Below, piece by piece: positions 37,031 through 49,190 of a DNA stretch of 60,000 bases. Under the pieces are notes generated by a model. The model made no database searches. It was given only the letters and a program-made list of their open reading frames with translations, and was not told the origin of the DNA. Source of the stretch: Squalus acanthias (lineage: Eukaryota). Where the stretch lies: contig CM059425.1 of NCBI GenBank assembly GCA_030390025.1, forward strand, positions 172,052,001-172,112,000, given 5' to 3'. The position numbers were made by a program, and so were the translations under genes. The stretch's first letter is position 1. Every line of letters starts with the position of its first letter.

Positions 37031-37299
37031 CAAAGTGAGTTGATGACACTTCCCATAAACGTGTTTGCCTACGTCAACGCTGGTGCTTGAAACTTCTTGC
37101 AGGACCGTCCCTTCCTGTGCTGCCATTTTTAGGTATATTTAATTTGTTCCACTTGAAAGTTTATAGTACTTATATGTAATATTGGCTAGTCTACTTATCA
37201 CATTCTTCACCCTCTGTATCGAATTACCACTCTCATCAAATAGCTCGAGCTAGACCCCTCATCTATACCTACATCTCCTCAACAGTTCACTCCATTTTT

Positions 37300-37465
37300 C
37301 TCCTACCTTCCTCATCTTTGGTCACTCGGTGCAAATAAGGGTGACTAGATCAGAGGACCTCTTGGTTGGTCTACTCCTGGGTCTGGCAAAAATCTCCATC
37401 CGCAGTTGCAGGATGCGCAGGATCAGGAAGCGGGGGCAGTTCTCCAATTGCTTGCCACTATTTTC
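37300..37465 (+). mobile_element. Tx1-like LINE ORF2 C-terminal remnant
   Basis: LIFGH...RSEDLLVGLLLGLAK...CLPLF resembles the Tx1 ORF2 C-terminus (recognised from memory). Confidence 0.55.
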
Positions 37466-37769
37466 ATTGTATAAAGGAATGCTACAAGTTTTGGAAACTG
37501 GCATAAAACCTTCAAACAGAACACCGAACGAGGGAGCTTCATACAGTGCTTATCCTACCTCTGTATTTCCCTCGTAAACACAGCATATATAAGTTTGACT
37601 GCAGAGGAAACCCTATCACTTACTAAACCAAGGTTGTTAGACAATGCATCAGACCACGGAAAACCATCAACTTGCCTATTAATACTCTAAAGCTACTTTT
37701 ATATTGGTTTTGTGTTGTGTTAGTGCCACTGGATTAGCATACCCAGCAGCAACCCCGAAGTAAACTTAC

Positions 37770-37915
37770 TGGATGCACTCATGCCAGCAGCTGAGAAGGC
37801 TTTTTAAAAACAAATTCTCTGAGTCTTTTGAGTTCTCAGTAATCACCAGGTTCAAATTTGTAAGGACAGCTCTTCTTGACACAGGAACTCTGGCTGCATC
37901 CTGTTGTTATCCCAG
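37770..37915 (-). other. Candidate non-coding/5'UTR exon of a minus-strand transcript
   Basis: Acceptor tttgtctttatgttAG and donor ca|GTAAGT; stops in all three frames. Confidence 0.3.
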
Positions 37916-38154
37916 CTAACATAAAGACAAAGTTCACTGCTCCAATATCTACTTCACAGCACCAATTTGTTAAATCATTTCAGCTTCAGTAAAGAACATA
38001 TTTTGAAGTGAATATTTTCCACTTCTCTGATAGTCAAATGTGAAAGTAGATTTGTATGGGTTACAGTTCTTAACTTCGAAGTTACTGGTTGAAGAAAAGC
38101 ACTGATATTTTTATTATTTAAAGCATTAACTTTTTTCACTTATTTTCTCATATA

Positions 38155-38518
38155 CAGGAAACTCTTTATTAACCGGCACCGACGGGACCGGCGTGGTGCC
38201 GGTTAATCAAAAAGTCCGGATAATGGAGAGTTATATCTCCCAACGTACGAGAGTCCCGTACACATTGACATGCGCCTGCATTCGGAGCTCCGTCTCCCCG
38301 GGAACCGCCAGCTAACCATCTGTCGTGTCCGCTGCCTACCCGGGCTACACATTCCCCTCCCAATCTACACGCTCCGATACAAGGCAAACACCTCGGGGTT
38401 TTTTTAAAAGTTAATTTTAAAGGAGAGATGAAGGAAAACCCCGGTTACCGACTCAAGAATTTTGCCGGTTAAGAGAGATTTCCGGATATTTGGGTGCCGG
38501 TTAATAAAGAGTTTCCTG
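38155..38518. mobile_element. Tc1/mariner (pogo/Tigger-like) MITE, 364 bp
   Basis: Perfect 26-bp TIR CAGGAAACTCTTTATTAACCGGCACC; TA TSD; subterminal tgccggttaa repeats. Confidence 0.9.
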
Positions 38519-38619
38519 TACCTGTTTTGAGGTTGTTATTTGCTTTTCTTCCTTTTGTTTTTTTTCACTTCTGTTTTCTCCCCAACTTCCTCTGCTTTCC
38601 TGTTTACACTGCTACCTGG

Positions 38620-38892
38620 AAGGAGTCAGCAGCACAGGCGGCAGAGAATAAACAGAGCGGGACCCGAGGACAGCGCGGACCTGGGAGGAGTCGGCAGCAG
38701 AGGATAAACAGAGCGGGACCCGAGGACAGCGCGGACCTGGGAGGAGTCGGCAGCAGAGGCGGCAGAGAATAAACAGAGCGGGACCCGAGGACAGCGCGGA
38801 CCTGGGAGGAGTCGGCAGCAGAGGCAGCAGAGAATAAACAGAGCAGGACCCGAGGACAGCGCGGACCTGGGAGGAGTCGGCAGCAGAGGCAG
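38620..38892 (+). repeat. GC-rich tandem repeat, ~4 units of 56-65 bp
   Basis: Unit ataaacagagcgggacccgaggacagcgcggacctgggaggagtcggcagcagagg(cggcagaga); the units are nearly identical. Confidence 0.95.
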
Positions 38893-39113
38893 ATACAATT
38901 CCGGTGAATTCCAAAAGAACAGCAAAATCAAGGAGTGATGTCACAGGACAGCAGGTAGGTGATTGGTGGGTGAGTATTCATGGTTTATTTGCTCTAACTT
39001 AACTAAATAAACTAATTAATATAACTTTAAATAATCGTGTGAATAAAGACTTTAACTAAGAGAGCGAGAGAAGTGGCCAGAGAAAAAGGTAGGCCCGACT
39101 TTTAAGACTCTTA

Positions 39114-40008
39114 GGGGTAGAAATTAGGTCGCGCCCCATTTGGGGCGCAAATATCGTCCGGACGCAAATATTAGCGCCTGGCGCTAATTATCGGCACTGA
39201 CAGGAAACTTCACTTTTACCGCCCCGGGAGGTGAGTGGAGCGCTAAAGCAGGCGCTGCACACCTCTCTTAAGGCGCAAAGGCCGAGCAGTGAGGCGCTAA
39301 CTCGGAGCGCTGGCGAAGCTCATGTAATGTCAGTCAGCAATGGAACACACACACAATGGCACGGGCCAGTTCTTAAAGGGGATGGTTAATCTTGCTTTCC
39401 ATCCACATCCTGTTCATTGCTGCCTTGAATCTCGGCCTGGAGAGACTTGCACATCCAATGTGCTGGAAAGAACAATGGAGCGTACCAGGCAAAGAGCTCA
39501 GAGTGCAGCTCCCACAGTCTCTGCTAAATCGATACAAGGAATGGCAAATCAAAATGAACCTGCAAAGTGCTGCTCAGTACCCAAAACTCCTTCACACAAC
39601 GTTGAATCTCTCCAGAAGTCTCTCCTTCTCTCTCTCAGAATGCGTAGTTCAAAAATGCCACCAACAATAAAAGACAGGAAGAGGCCCCCTTTAAATAGCG
39701 CCCCCCCCCCAGCCCCACAGCGATTGATAGCGTTCCAGTCTTCTGGTCGTTGGAAGCGCCAGGCGGTAAGGCAGGGGGCGCCACTCAATTTCCGCTACGG
39801 GGCGCCACAAGGGCGTTGCACCATGGAATGACGTCACAATCTGCGCGCGCAGGTGGTCGCAGCGGTAAGTTTTAGCGCCGCCGCACAATCTCAAGTTAAG
39901 TTCTCGAGCGGCGCAAACATCGCTGCGCCCGGGCGTTAGCGGCTTTGCGCCCCATTAGCGCCCTCTTAAGGCGCTAACGGGAGGCGCAACCAAGTGAATT
40001 TTTACCCC
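39114..40008. mobile_element. Non-autonomous PIF/Harbinger element, copy 2 (895 bp)
   Basis: TIRs GGGGTAGAAATT / AATTTTTACCCC; TTA TSD on both sides; collinear with 5424-6276. Confidence 0.9.
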
Positions 40009-41029
40009 TTAGTCTTAAGTTTATTTCTCCAAGTCAGTTAATAGTCAAATAAATAGAGGCATGACAGGGCAACTCAGTCCCATGGAATGCACATCCTGCG
40101 CCATGTGGGAAATCCAGGACGCTTCCCGTGCCCTGAACAACCACATGTGCAGGAAGTCCAATTCTAGGCACCGCACTTTAGGAAGGATGTGAAAGCCTTA
40201 CAGAGGGTGCAGAAAAGATTTACGAGAATGATTCCAGGGATGAGGGACTTCAGTTACGTGGATAGACTAGAGAAGCTACGGTTGTTCTCCTTCAGGCAGA
40301 AAAGGTTCAGAGGAGATTTGATAGAGGTATTCAAAATCATGAGGGGTGAAGACAGAGTAGATAGAGAGAAACTGTTCCCATTGGCGGAAGGGTCAAGAAC
40401 CAGAGGACACAGATTTAACGTGATTGGCACAGGAACCAAAGGCGACATGAGGAAAAACTTTTTTACTTGGCGAGTGGTTAGGATCTGGAATGCACTGCCT
40501 GAAAGGGTGGTGGAGGCAGACTCAATCGTGGCTTTCAAAAGGGAATTGGATACGTATCTGAAGGAAAAAAATTTGCAGGGCTACGGGGAAAGGACGGGGG
40601 AGTGGGACTAGCTGAAGTGCTCTTGCAGAGAGCCGGCATGGGCTCGATGGGCCGAATGGCCTCCTTCTGTGCTGTAACCATTCTATGATTCTATACCTTT
40701 AATGTCAAATTTTGCAGTATTTTGTGAACAAATTTTTTTTCAGGAATATTAATAACAATCAGATGTAACTTAATAGCAGCCAGAATTTAGTTCTATTTGG
40801 AATATCTGTTTGGGTAAAACTAGTCAATGAAAGAGTGAATCTCCTTTCCTTTTAATACTTTTCACCAACAGGAAAATCCACCTAACTGGCAGTAATTGCT
40901 GTAGTACCTGGTTCTTGCCATTGGGTGGTGGTATAATTTATTTCTACCATGATGAAATTAATTATACAGTTTTTAATCATAGAAACTAGCCTCTAAATGT
41001 CCTTATAATTCTACTTTACAACTGCAAAG

Positions 41030-42460
41030 TAATGCACTTACATACGGAAAATGACGGACAGGAAAAGACCTATTGGTCCATCCAGCCTGTCCCATATAGT
41101 TGTGATGCCTTGTGCATCACAATACATAGACTCCACATCCCACCTGGAAGTCATATATCTCCCGTGAGAGGCAAAAAAAAGATGAAAAACACAGGCCAAT
41201 TAGTGGGAAACGATTCGTAAAATTCCTCTCCCCAGGAGATCGAAACGAATTCAGGAGACCACTCTCGCTCTGGTTAATGTTACCAGGTACTTGCCTCTTG
41301 TACAAGGTGATCTCCGCCCCAGCCAAAAACAAGTTCAGCTCTCACTTGAAGGAATTCAGCGAATCAGTGCTCACTGCACGAGCCGACAGTCTGCTCCATA
41401 GGTCCACTATTCCCTGGGAAAAGTAGAACCTCCTAACATCTGACCTAGTTCTGCCTTTACATAACTTGAGAGTGTGACGCCTGGTCCTCCCTAACCTATT
41501 TAGTTGAAACAATTTGTCAACACAACACAATTTAATGCCTTCGTCATCTAATAAAACTCAATCAAAATCACCCCTAAGCAATGTTGCTGTTCAGCTGCAC
41601 GGACGTGTGGCCGTGCAGCTGTCTGAAGCTCCCACGCAGGCCACTTACCGGTTTCTCAATGGAAAAACCGCGCATGCGCACAAGTTTGAATGGGCCGCGC
41701 AGTCCCTTAAAGGGGCCGTGCACCCAAAAAAAATTAAAGGGAACATTGCCCCTAAGTCTAAGCTTCTCTAAAGTATATCGACCCAGCTCTTTGAGCCTAT
41801 CTGGGTAACTAAGATGCTTTAAACAGGAATTAATGTTGTGGTCCTCCTCTGCACCCTTTCCAAAACCTCAATAGAGACCAAAACTGGACACAATATTCCA
41901 ACTGAGGCCGAACCATGGTCTTGTATAAGGACAAAAGAGTATGTTTTGTTTTATCGTGAATTATCCTGTAAATACTCCGTAGCACCCAATTTGCTCCAGC
42001 AAAAACTTCACGGCATTAATCATGAACCTTTAGAGATCTATGCAATAGAACACCCAGATCTCTTCCTTTCACCACTAGCTTTCGTTCTTTTCCCTGAAAG
42101 TTTTATGCAGGTTCAGCATTTGACCTGCCCACATGCATAAAACTGCACTTTTCTAAGTTAAATGTCATTTACTAATCATGGGCACAATCCCCCAGCACAT
42201 CAGGATCTGCTGATAGTAGTCGAGGATCCTCAACAGTCCCAAAAGTCGCACACACCTTCTCATCGCCTGCAAACTTGCAGATCATTCTGCCAACACCTAC
42301 ATCTACATCATCAATGAAAATAGTAAATAGCAATGGTCCCAACACTGGTGACCGGTCTCCAAGCAGATCCAAATCCATCTCCAACCACTTTCTGCCTACA
42401 GGCATTCAGTCAATTCTCAATCCAGCACAATAGATTACCACTAATTCCAGAAGATTTAAT
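41030..42460 (-). mobile_element. Degenerate CR1 3' fragment
   Basis: ORFs 41342 (RFYFSQGIVDLWS) and 42172 (VLGPLLFTIFIDD, KFAGD). Confidence 0.75.
41579..41748. mobile_element. hAT-type MITE (170 bp)
   Basis: Ends CAATGTT...GGGAACATTG; perfect 8-bp TSD CCCCTAAG. Confidence 0.85.
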
Positions 42461-42465
42461 CATTT

Positions 42466-44530
42466 AAGAACATAAGAAATAGGAGCAGGAGTAGGCCATT
42501 TGGCCCTTCGAGCCTGCTCCGCCATTTAGTCAGATCATGGCTGATCTTCAACCTCATCTCCACTTTCCTGCACTATCCCCATATCCCTTGATTCCCTTAA
42601 TATCCAAAAATCTATCAATCTCTGTCTTGAATATACTCAACGACTGAGCCTCCACAGCCCTCTGAGGTAGAGAATTCCAAAGATTCACCACCCTCTGAAT
42701 GAAGAGATTTCTCCTCATCTCAGTCCTAAATGGCCGACCCCTTATTCTGAGACTGTGACCCCTGGTTCTAGACTCCCCAGCCAGAGGAAACATCCTCCCT
42801 GCATCTACCCTGTCAAGCCTTGTAATAATTTTGTATGTTTCAATGAGATCACCTCTCATTCTTCTAAATTCTGGAGAATATAGGCCTAGTCTACTCAATC
42901 TCTCCTCATCGGACAATCCCCCCATCTCAGGAACCAGTCTGGTGAACCTTTGTTGCACTCCCTCTATGGTAAGTATATCCTTCCTTAGGAAGGACACCAA
43001 AACTGTACACAATACTCCAGGTGTGGTCTCACCAGGGCCCTATATAATTGCAGTAAGATGTCTTTACTCTTATACTCAAATCCTCTTGTAATAAAGGCCA
43101 ACATACTATTTGCTTTCCTAATTGCTTGCTGTACCTGTATATTAACTTTCAGTGATTCGTGTACAAGGACACCCAGGTCCCTCTGAACACCAACATTTCC
43201 CAATCTCTCACCATTTAAAAATACTCTGCTTTTCTATTTTCCTACCAAAGTGGATAACTTCACATTTCTCCACATTATATTCCATTTGCCATGTTCTTGC
43301 CCACTCACTTAGCCTGTCTATATTGCCTTGAAGTCTCCTTGCACCTTCCTCACAACTTAAATTCCCACCCAGCTTTGTATCATCAGCAAACTTGGAAATA
43401 TTACATTTGGTCCCCTCATCCAAATCATTGATGCAGATTGTGAATAGCTGAGGCCCAAGCACTGATCCTTGCGGTACCCCACTAGTTACAGCCTGCCAAC
43501 CCGAAAATGACTCTTTTACTCCTACTCTCTGTTTTCTGTCCGTTAACCAATCCTCAATCCATGCAAGTATATTACCCCCAATCCCATGAACCCTAATTTA
43601 GTTTAATAACCTCTTGTGTGGCACCTTATCGAATGCCTTCTGAAAATCCAAATACACCACATCCACTGGTTCCCCCTTATTTATTCTGCTCGTTACAACC
43701 TCAAAAAATTCTAACAGATCTGTCAAACACGATTTCTCTTGACTCTGCCCAATCCTATTAATATTTTCTAGGTGCCCTGTTACCACATCCTTAATAATAG
43801 ATTCTAGCATTTTCCCTACTACTGATGTCAGGCCAACTGGTCTGTAGTTCCGTGTTTTCTCTCTCCCTCCTTTCTTAAATAGTGGGGTTACATTTGCTAC
43901 CTTCCAATCTGCGGGAACCTTTCCGGAATCAATGGAATTTTGGAAGATGACAACCAATGCATCCACTATCTCTATAGCCACCTCTTTCAAAACCCTAGGA
44001 TGTAGGCTATCAGGTCCAGGGGATTTATCGGCTTTCAGTCCCATTAATTTCTCCAGTACAGTACTATTTTTTTTTACTAATACTAATTTCTTTCAGTTCC
44101 TCATTCTCACTAGACCCTTGGTTCTCCACTATTTCCGGGGTTTTTTTTGCGACTTCTTCCGTGAAGACAGACACAAAGTATTTGTTTAATGTCTCTGCCA
44201 TTTCCTTAATCCCCATTATAATTTCTCCTGTCTCAGCCTGTAAGGGACCCACATTTACTTTCGCTAATCTTTTCCTTTTTATATACCTATAGAAGCTTTT
44301 AAAGTCTGTTTTTATGTCTCTCGCTAGTTTACTCTCATATTCTATTTTCCCTTTCTTTATCAATTTCTTGGTCCTCCTTTGCTGAATTCTAAAATCCTCC
44401 CAGTCCTCAAGCTCACTACTCTTTTTGGCAACATTATAAGCCTCTTCCTTTGATCTAATACTATCTTTAACTTCTCTTGTTAGCCACGTTTGGACCACTT
44501 TTCCTGTGGGGTTTTTGTGCCTTGAAGGAA
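42466..44530 (-). mobile_element. 5'-truncated CR1 (RT and 3'UTR)
   Basis: ORFs 42554, 42985, 43208, 43598 and 44064 with CR1 RT motifs; tail taagaacataagaaata. Confidence 0.93.
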
Positions 44531-44851
44531 TTTAGAGAAGTCTTACATGCAGTACCTTGTCTGAAGCTTCCTGACAGTCCAGGTAAACAATATCCATTGG
44601 GTTTCCCTCAACAATTATCCTGGTAACCTTCAAAAAATACAATCAGATTTAAGACAGGTTCTTCTTTTTCGGAAGCTGTGTTGAGTGGCCCTGATATGTC
44701 CTTCTCTGTCTACGTGGTCATATAGTACATCCTTATTGATTCCCTCAAGCAACTTCCCAATTACTGATTTCAAGCTAATGTGCCTACAGTTATATTTTCC
44801 TAGGATTTCGGGATTACGCCAAGCTGACACCACAGTCAATTTAAAAAGAGA

Positions 44852-45292
44852 GAAAGAAAGACTTGCATTTGTATAGCGCCTTTCACGACCACAGGACGTC
44901 CCAAAGCGCTTTGCAGCCAATTAAGTACTTTTGAAGTGTGTGAAACAAGGTAGTCAATTTGTGCACAGCAAGCTCCCACAAGCAGCAATGTGATATTGAC
45001 CAGATAATCTGTTTTAGTGATGTTGATTGAGGGATAAATATTGGCCGGGACACCGAGGATAACTCCCCTGCTCTTCTTCAAAATAGTGCCATGGGTTCTT
45101 TTACATCCACCTGAGAGAACAGGTTTTAAAGTCTCATCTGAAAGACGGCACCTCCGACAGTGCAGCACTCCCTCAGTACTGCACTGGAGTGTCAGCCGAG
45201 ATTTTTGTGGTCAAATCTCCGGCGTGGGACTTGAACCCACACATCTTCTGACTCAGAGGCGAGAGTGCTGCCAACTGAGCCACGGCTGACAC
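44852..45292 (-). mobile_element. Full-length DeuSINE (SacSINE1-like)
   Basis: Head tgtcagccgtggctcagttggcagc (A box) and gggttcaagtccc (B box); Deu core; L2-like tail. Confidence 0.88.
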
Positions 45293-45954
45293 TAACTTAA
45301 GCATTACTTGTGCATTGTTTTAATTTCATTGATATTTTAGTAAATATCTTAATCTGTCCAATAAAATATTTTATAGCTATCGTAACTCTGTGACTGTAAT
45401 ATGTGTCGTGACCATGTGCCAATTTTGCTCTTCCTACTGGTTAAACATACACAGTCTGTGCTTTTATGTTTACCAAGTGACTGGGCGCAAAGTTCGGATC
45501 TGTAGCACCTGTTATTTGGGCACTACGAGTGCCCTTAGAGCTCCAAAATGGCATCTGCGGTGTGTGCATACACTTGTGTGGCGAATTGCGCCGGACGCCA
45601 TATTGCTGAGGGTGTTAGCGCGCGTGAAGTGAATGCCCGCCGGAAGTATGTAGGGCTGGCAGATCATGACGTCAATCAGCATGCTTCGCACACAACGCTC
45701 CAGCTAACACCATCTCTTAACCTCGCACAGCTGAACGTGTATTCAGCAGCAGGAAGGACCCCTCTCTCACCACCCCACGGCCACCAGCGCTATTTAAAGA
45801 GATCATCAACGACTTACAGGTTAGTTGCTGGTTGATTTCTTCTGGCTGTTGGAATACTTCTATAGTTATTTAAAGTTGGTAGTAGGTGCTGAAGGACTTT
45901 TTCCTGACTTTTCCTGACTTCAAAGCTTCTGCACAAACCACTTGCTGCCAGACA

Positions 45955-46980
45955 TGGGTACAGTAGTAGGAATTCAACTTGGAATACAGCATGACTTGGA
46001 GAATGAACAGAGGGCATGCAGAGCAGGACAAGCTGCTGGAAGAGGGAGGAGAAGGAGTGGGAAGAAGGGCTCCCAGCAAGAAGCCATATCCACTTAGGGT
46101 GTTCAGGGAGCAATTCTCCTACCTGCACCTCAGCGAGGAACAATGTGTGAGATCTCTGCGCTTTAGTAAGGATGTCAACAACAACAACTTGTATTTATAC
46201 AAGTCTCATGGTGCAGTTTGCCGTCCACTATTGCATAAGGGAGGTCACTGAGGCTCTCTATTCAAAGAGAGATATCTTCATTCTCTCTTGCCAGAGAGCA
46301 GCAGGAGCAGCGAGCACATGGCTTTGCTATGATGGCAGGCTTCCCCATGGTGCAGGGTGCCATTGACTGCAGCACATTGCTTTGCGGGTGCTGCATATAA
46401 ACTCTATCATATACCGGAATCAAAAGGGATTCCACTCCCTCAACGTCTAGCTGGTGTGCGACCATAAGCAGCAAATCATACAAGTCAATGCCCGGTATCC
46501 TGGCAGCAGTCATGATGCCTTCATTCTGCGCCAGTCCGCTGTGCCATCTGCATTTGAGCCATCACAGCAAACCTAAGGGTGGCTACATGGCAACAAGGGC
46601 TATCCGCTGACAACATGGCTGATGACTCCGGTGCGCAACCCATGCACACGTGTGCTGTATGCATACAATGAAAGCTATGCTGCCACACAAAATGTGATGG
46701 AGCAAACCATTGGCGCGCTGAAACAACGCTTCCGCTACCTGGACCACTCTCGAGGAGCCCTGCAGTACTCGGCAGAGCAGGTGTCAAGATTCGTGATGGT
46801 CTGCTGCATGCTGCACAACCTCGCCATCATGAGGGCACAGCCCATGCCACCAACTATACGGCGAGCAGCTGAGGAGCAGGAAGAGAAGGAAGAGGAAGAA
46901 GAGGAGGAGGAGGAGGAGAAAAAGGAAGGAGGCAGCCTAGACAGCCCCTTTCTGGCCGGGCTGTCCATGAAGAACTCATC
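45955..46980 (+). pseudogene. Harbinger DDE transposase (HARBI1-like), disrupted
   Basis: GFPMVQGAIDC, KGFHSLNV, YPGSSHDAFIL, KGYP..WLMTP, EQTIGALKQRFRYLD and CCMLHN, plus an acidic tail. Confidence 0.9.
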
Positions 46981-46983
46981 CGA

Positions 46984-47137
46984 GTGTGTTCCCCCGAAGG
47001 TGCGTGCTGCGCACCGATCGCGAGGTCCCGCACAGGCCGCTCGCCAGCGGCTACCACTGGAAGAGATACCGCGCATGCACGGCCACACAACAAATTTAAA
47101 GAGCCCACGCAGGGAAAAAAAATTAGAGGGAACATTG
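46984..47137. mobile_element. hAT-type MITE nested in the Harbinger element
   Basis: Right end TTAGAGGGAACATTG is the exact reverse complement of the 32593 TIR; left end degenerate. Confidence 0.65.
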
Positions 47138-47306
47138 CTGATAACTGCAACCCCAATTCCCCAACAGTCCCACACCTTACCTTCTCTCTGTCACTGACCA
47201 TCACAGCTTTTGCTTGGCCATAATGCAAAAATAAAAGACTCCACAAAATAAACATTCAAAACCAAATTTATAAATCAAATCATGCCATATTGCATACAAA
47301 AGTTAA

Positions 47307-49190
47307 TTAATCACCCTTGTGCATTCCCTTAGTGCCTGTCTTCCGTGTGCCATGGTCTGTCCTCAGGCTCCTACACAGTGCTACCCCAGTGACTGCAGCA
47401 TGGCTGGTGGAAGGCTGCTGACTTTCAGTGGAGGAGACTGTAGATGGCCTTGGAGGACGACCTAAAGCAGCTGTGGGCCTAGACGGCCCGGCTTCAGATT
47501 GCACCATCTCGGCATAGGCGGTAGCAGTCTGGGCTGGCTGACAGGCAACACCAAGGGCACTGGCGGAGTGGATGTGGTGGGAGGATGAATGCTGTCATCC
47601 TGAGAGAGGACAGCAGGTACATGCTCCACGGAGCCACTGCCACTCCCCCAGGGCGGCGCCACAGCAATCCTAGTAATCTGTTGGAGGACAGATTGCTGGA
47701 CTGCTGAGACACCCTGCAAGCCCCCTTGAACACTGTAATCTAGAGCCATGATGCCATCAGTCTGAGCTTCTACTGCAGCACTCAGACGTTGGGTGGCTGC
47801 TGCTTGTGTTACAATGCAAGCTGAGACATCGGCCATCAGGCCCTGCATCATCGTTGGGTCCACAAGTGTGCTGATAGAGCTGGCCACCATTTGCATGCTA
47901 GAAAGGATGGGCTCCAAGCTCTGCACAAAGCCCTGTGGCAAGTTGGTGCCTGATTCCTCCATGCTCCTTGACATCGCACGTAGGCCTTCTGGCAAGCTTC
48001 CCAATACACCAAGCATTTCATTGTGCATACCCATCAGCCTTCTTCGGTAGCCTGCCCCATCGAAGTGCTCAACTGAGTCCTCTGCAGCAGAACTCATGTG
48101 TGACCTTGCTCTCTGGCGAGCTGGCACCTGCGCTATCTTTGCCCCCTGCCCTGGCTGCAGGCCACTCGTGCCGGATGTCTCACCATGTGCAGATCCCGCC
48201 TCTATGCTATCCTCTAAATTACGTGCAGTGTCAGTATCTGAGCTGGTGAGTGTGAAATCGAGTGACGGTGTGTCTTCATCATTACTGTCTTGTTGCTCTT
48301 CCACCACTGCCTGGCCAGGTTGCAGTTCTTGGGTATCTGAAAGGAGAAAGGCACAAGGGTAAGGTTATGGTGAGGGAAGTTGGGAAATCAAGAGGTGCAT
48401 GCTTACACCATCTACAGCTTGTAAATCAGAAGAGATTGTGGGTTGAGGAGGAAGTGGGATGTGAGAAGGAGGATTAGACATGAGGTGAGCATCATCTTCT
48501 ATGGTTTCAGCCCCGCCACTGGCCACGGCCTCAGCAATGGCCGTTCCAATAATGGCCAGCACCATCTCCTCCATGGGGGTTAGGACATGCAGGCATACAG
48601 GTTACCCGCTAGTTAGCTCTTGCTGCTTCCAGTTGTGCGCCTGCAAGAGAGAGGGAAGTGTGTCAGTGAGTGTCGTGGAATCTGTTTGGGTGATGTGGCT
48701 GTCATGGTGGAATAGCTGGCAGTGTGTGCAAGCTGTGAGACGTGGGTGTGAGGCTTCCAGCAGTGGTAAGTGTGTGAGGCTGAGGTGAAGCTATGAATGT
48801 GAGGTATGAGTCCTGATTGATAGAGATTGTTGGTAGGTGGGTAATGGGGGTGTGGTCCATTGAGCAGTGGCTGAGACAAATGGTGGTGCAGTTGGTAGGA
48901 TATGGCATTTGAAGATGCATTCATTGATATTTACCACTCGTGAGGTCATTGAACTTCTTGCGGCACTGCATCCAGGTCCTCGGGGCTTGACTCTTGGTAT
49001 TGACCGCCACGACTATCTGCTCCCACTTCCTTCTGACCATGTGTCTGGAGGGCCTCCTGGCCCCCTATTGATACAGCACATCTTTCCTCCTTTCCACCTC
49101 CTCCACCAAGGCCTCCAGTGCAACGTCAGAAAACCTTGGAGCCCGCTCGCTCCCATGTTGAGCCCGCTCGCTCCCATGTTGAGCCATTAT
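47307..49190 (-). pseudogene. Harbinger Myb/SANT-like DNA-binding protein gene, spliced, disrupted
   Basis: Minus strand ERAPRFSDVALEALVEEV...W..I...VN...RTWMQCRKKFNDL (about 48935-49190); LTPMEEMVLAII; long last exon 47462-48307. Confidence 0.8.

Larger units (their letters stand above)
38615..40695 (+). mobile_element. Internally deleted CR1: tandem-repeat 5' end, 5'UTR and ORF1 start fused to the ORF2 3' end
   Basis: 38935-39060 matches the CR1 5'UTR at 2690-2865 (reverse complement). ORF1 start MTGQLSPMECTSCAMWE at 40061 jumps at about 40158 to the ORF2 C-terminus (ORF 40189-40611). Tail ttctatgattctat. Confidence 0.8.

Noticed and set aside
38620..38892. Regular repeats resembling a CRISPR array
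   Set aside because: Units are contiguous with no unique spacers, there are no cas genes, and the context is eukaryotic. It is a tandem repeat at a CR1 5' end.
45190..45292. tRNA gene
   Set aside because: The A/B boxes belong to a SINE head that runs into the Deu domain; there is no complete cloverleaf or terminator.
45955..46980. Domesticated host gene HARBI1
   Set aside because: It has stops, frameshifts and a deletion, and it lies within TIRs and a TSD next to a Myb partner gene.
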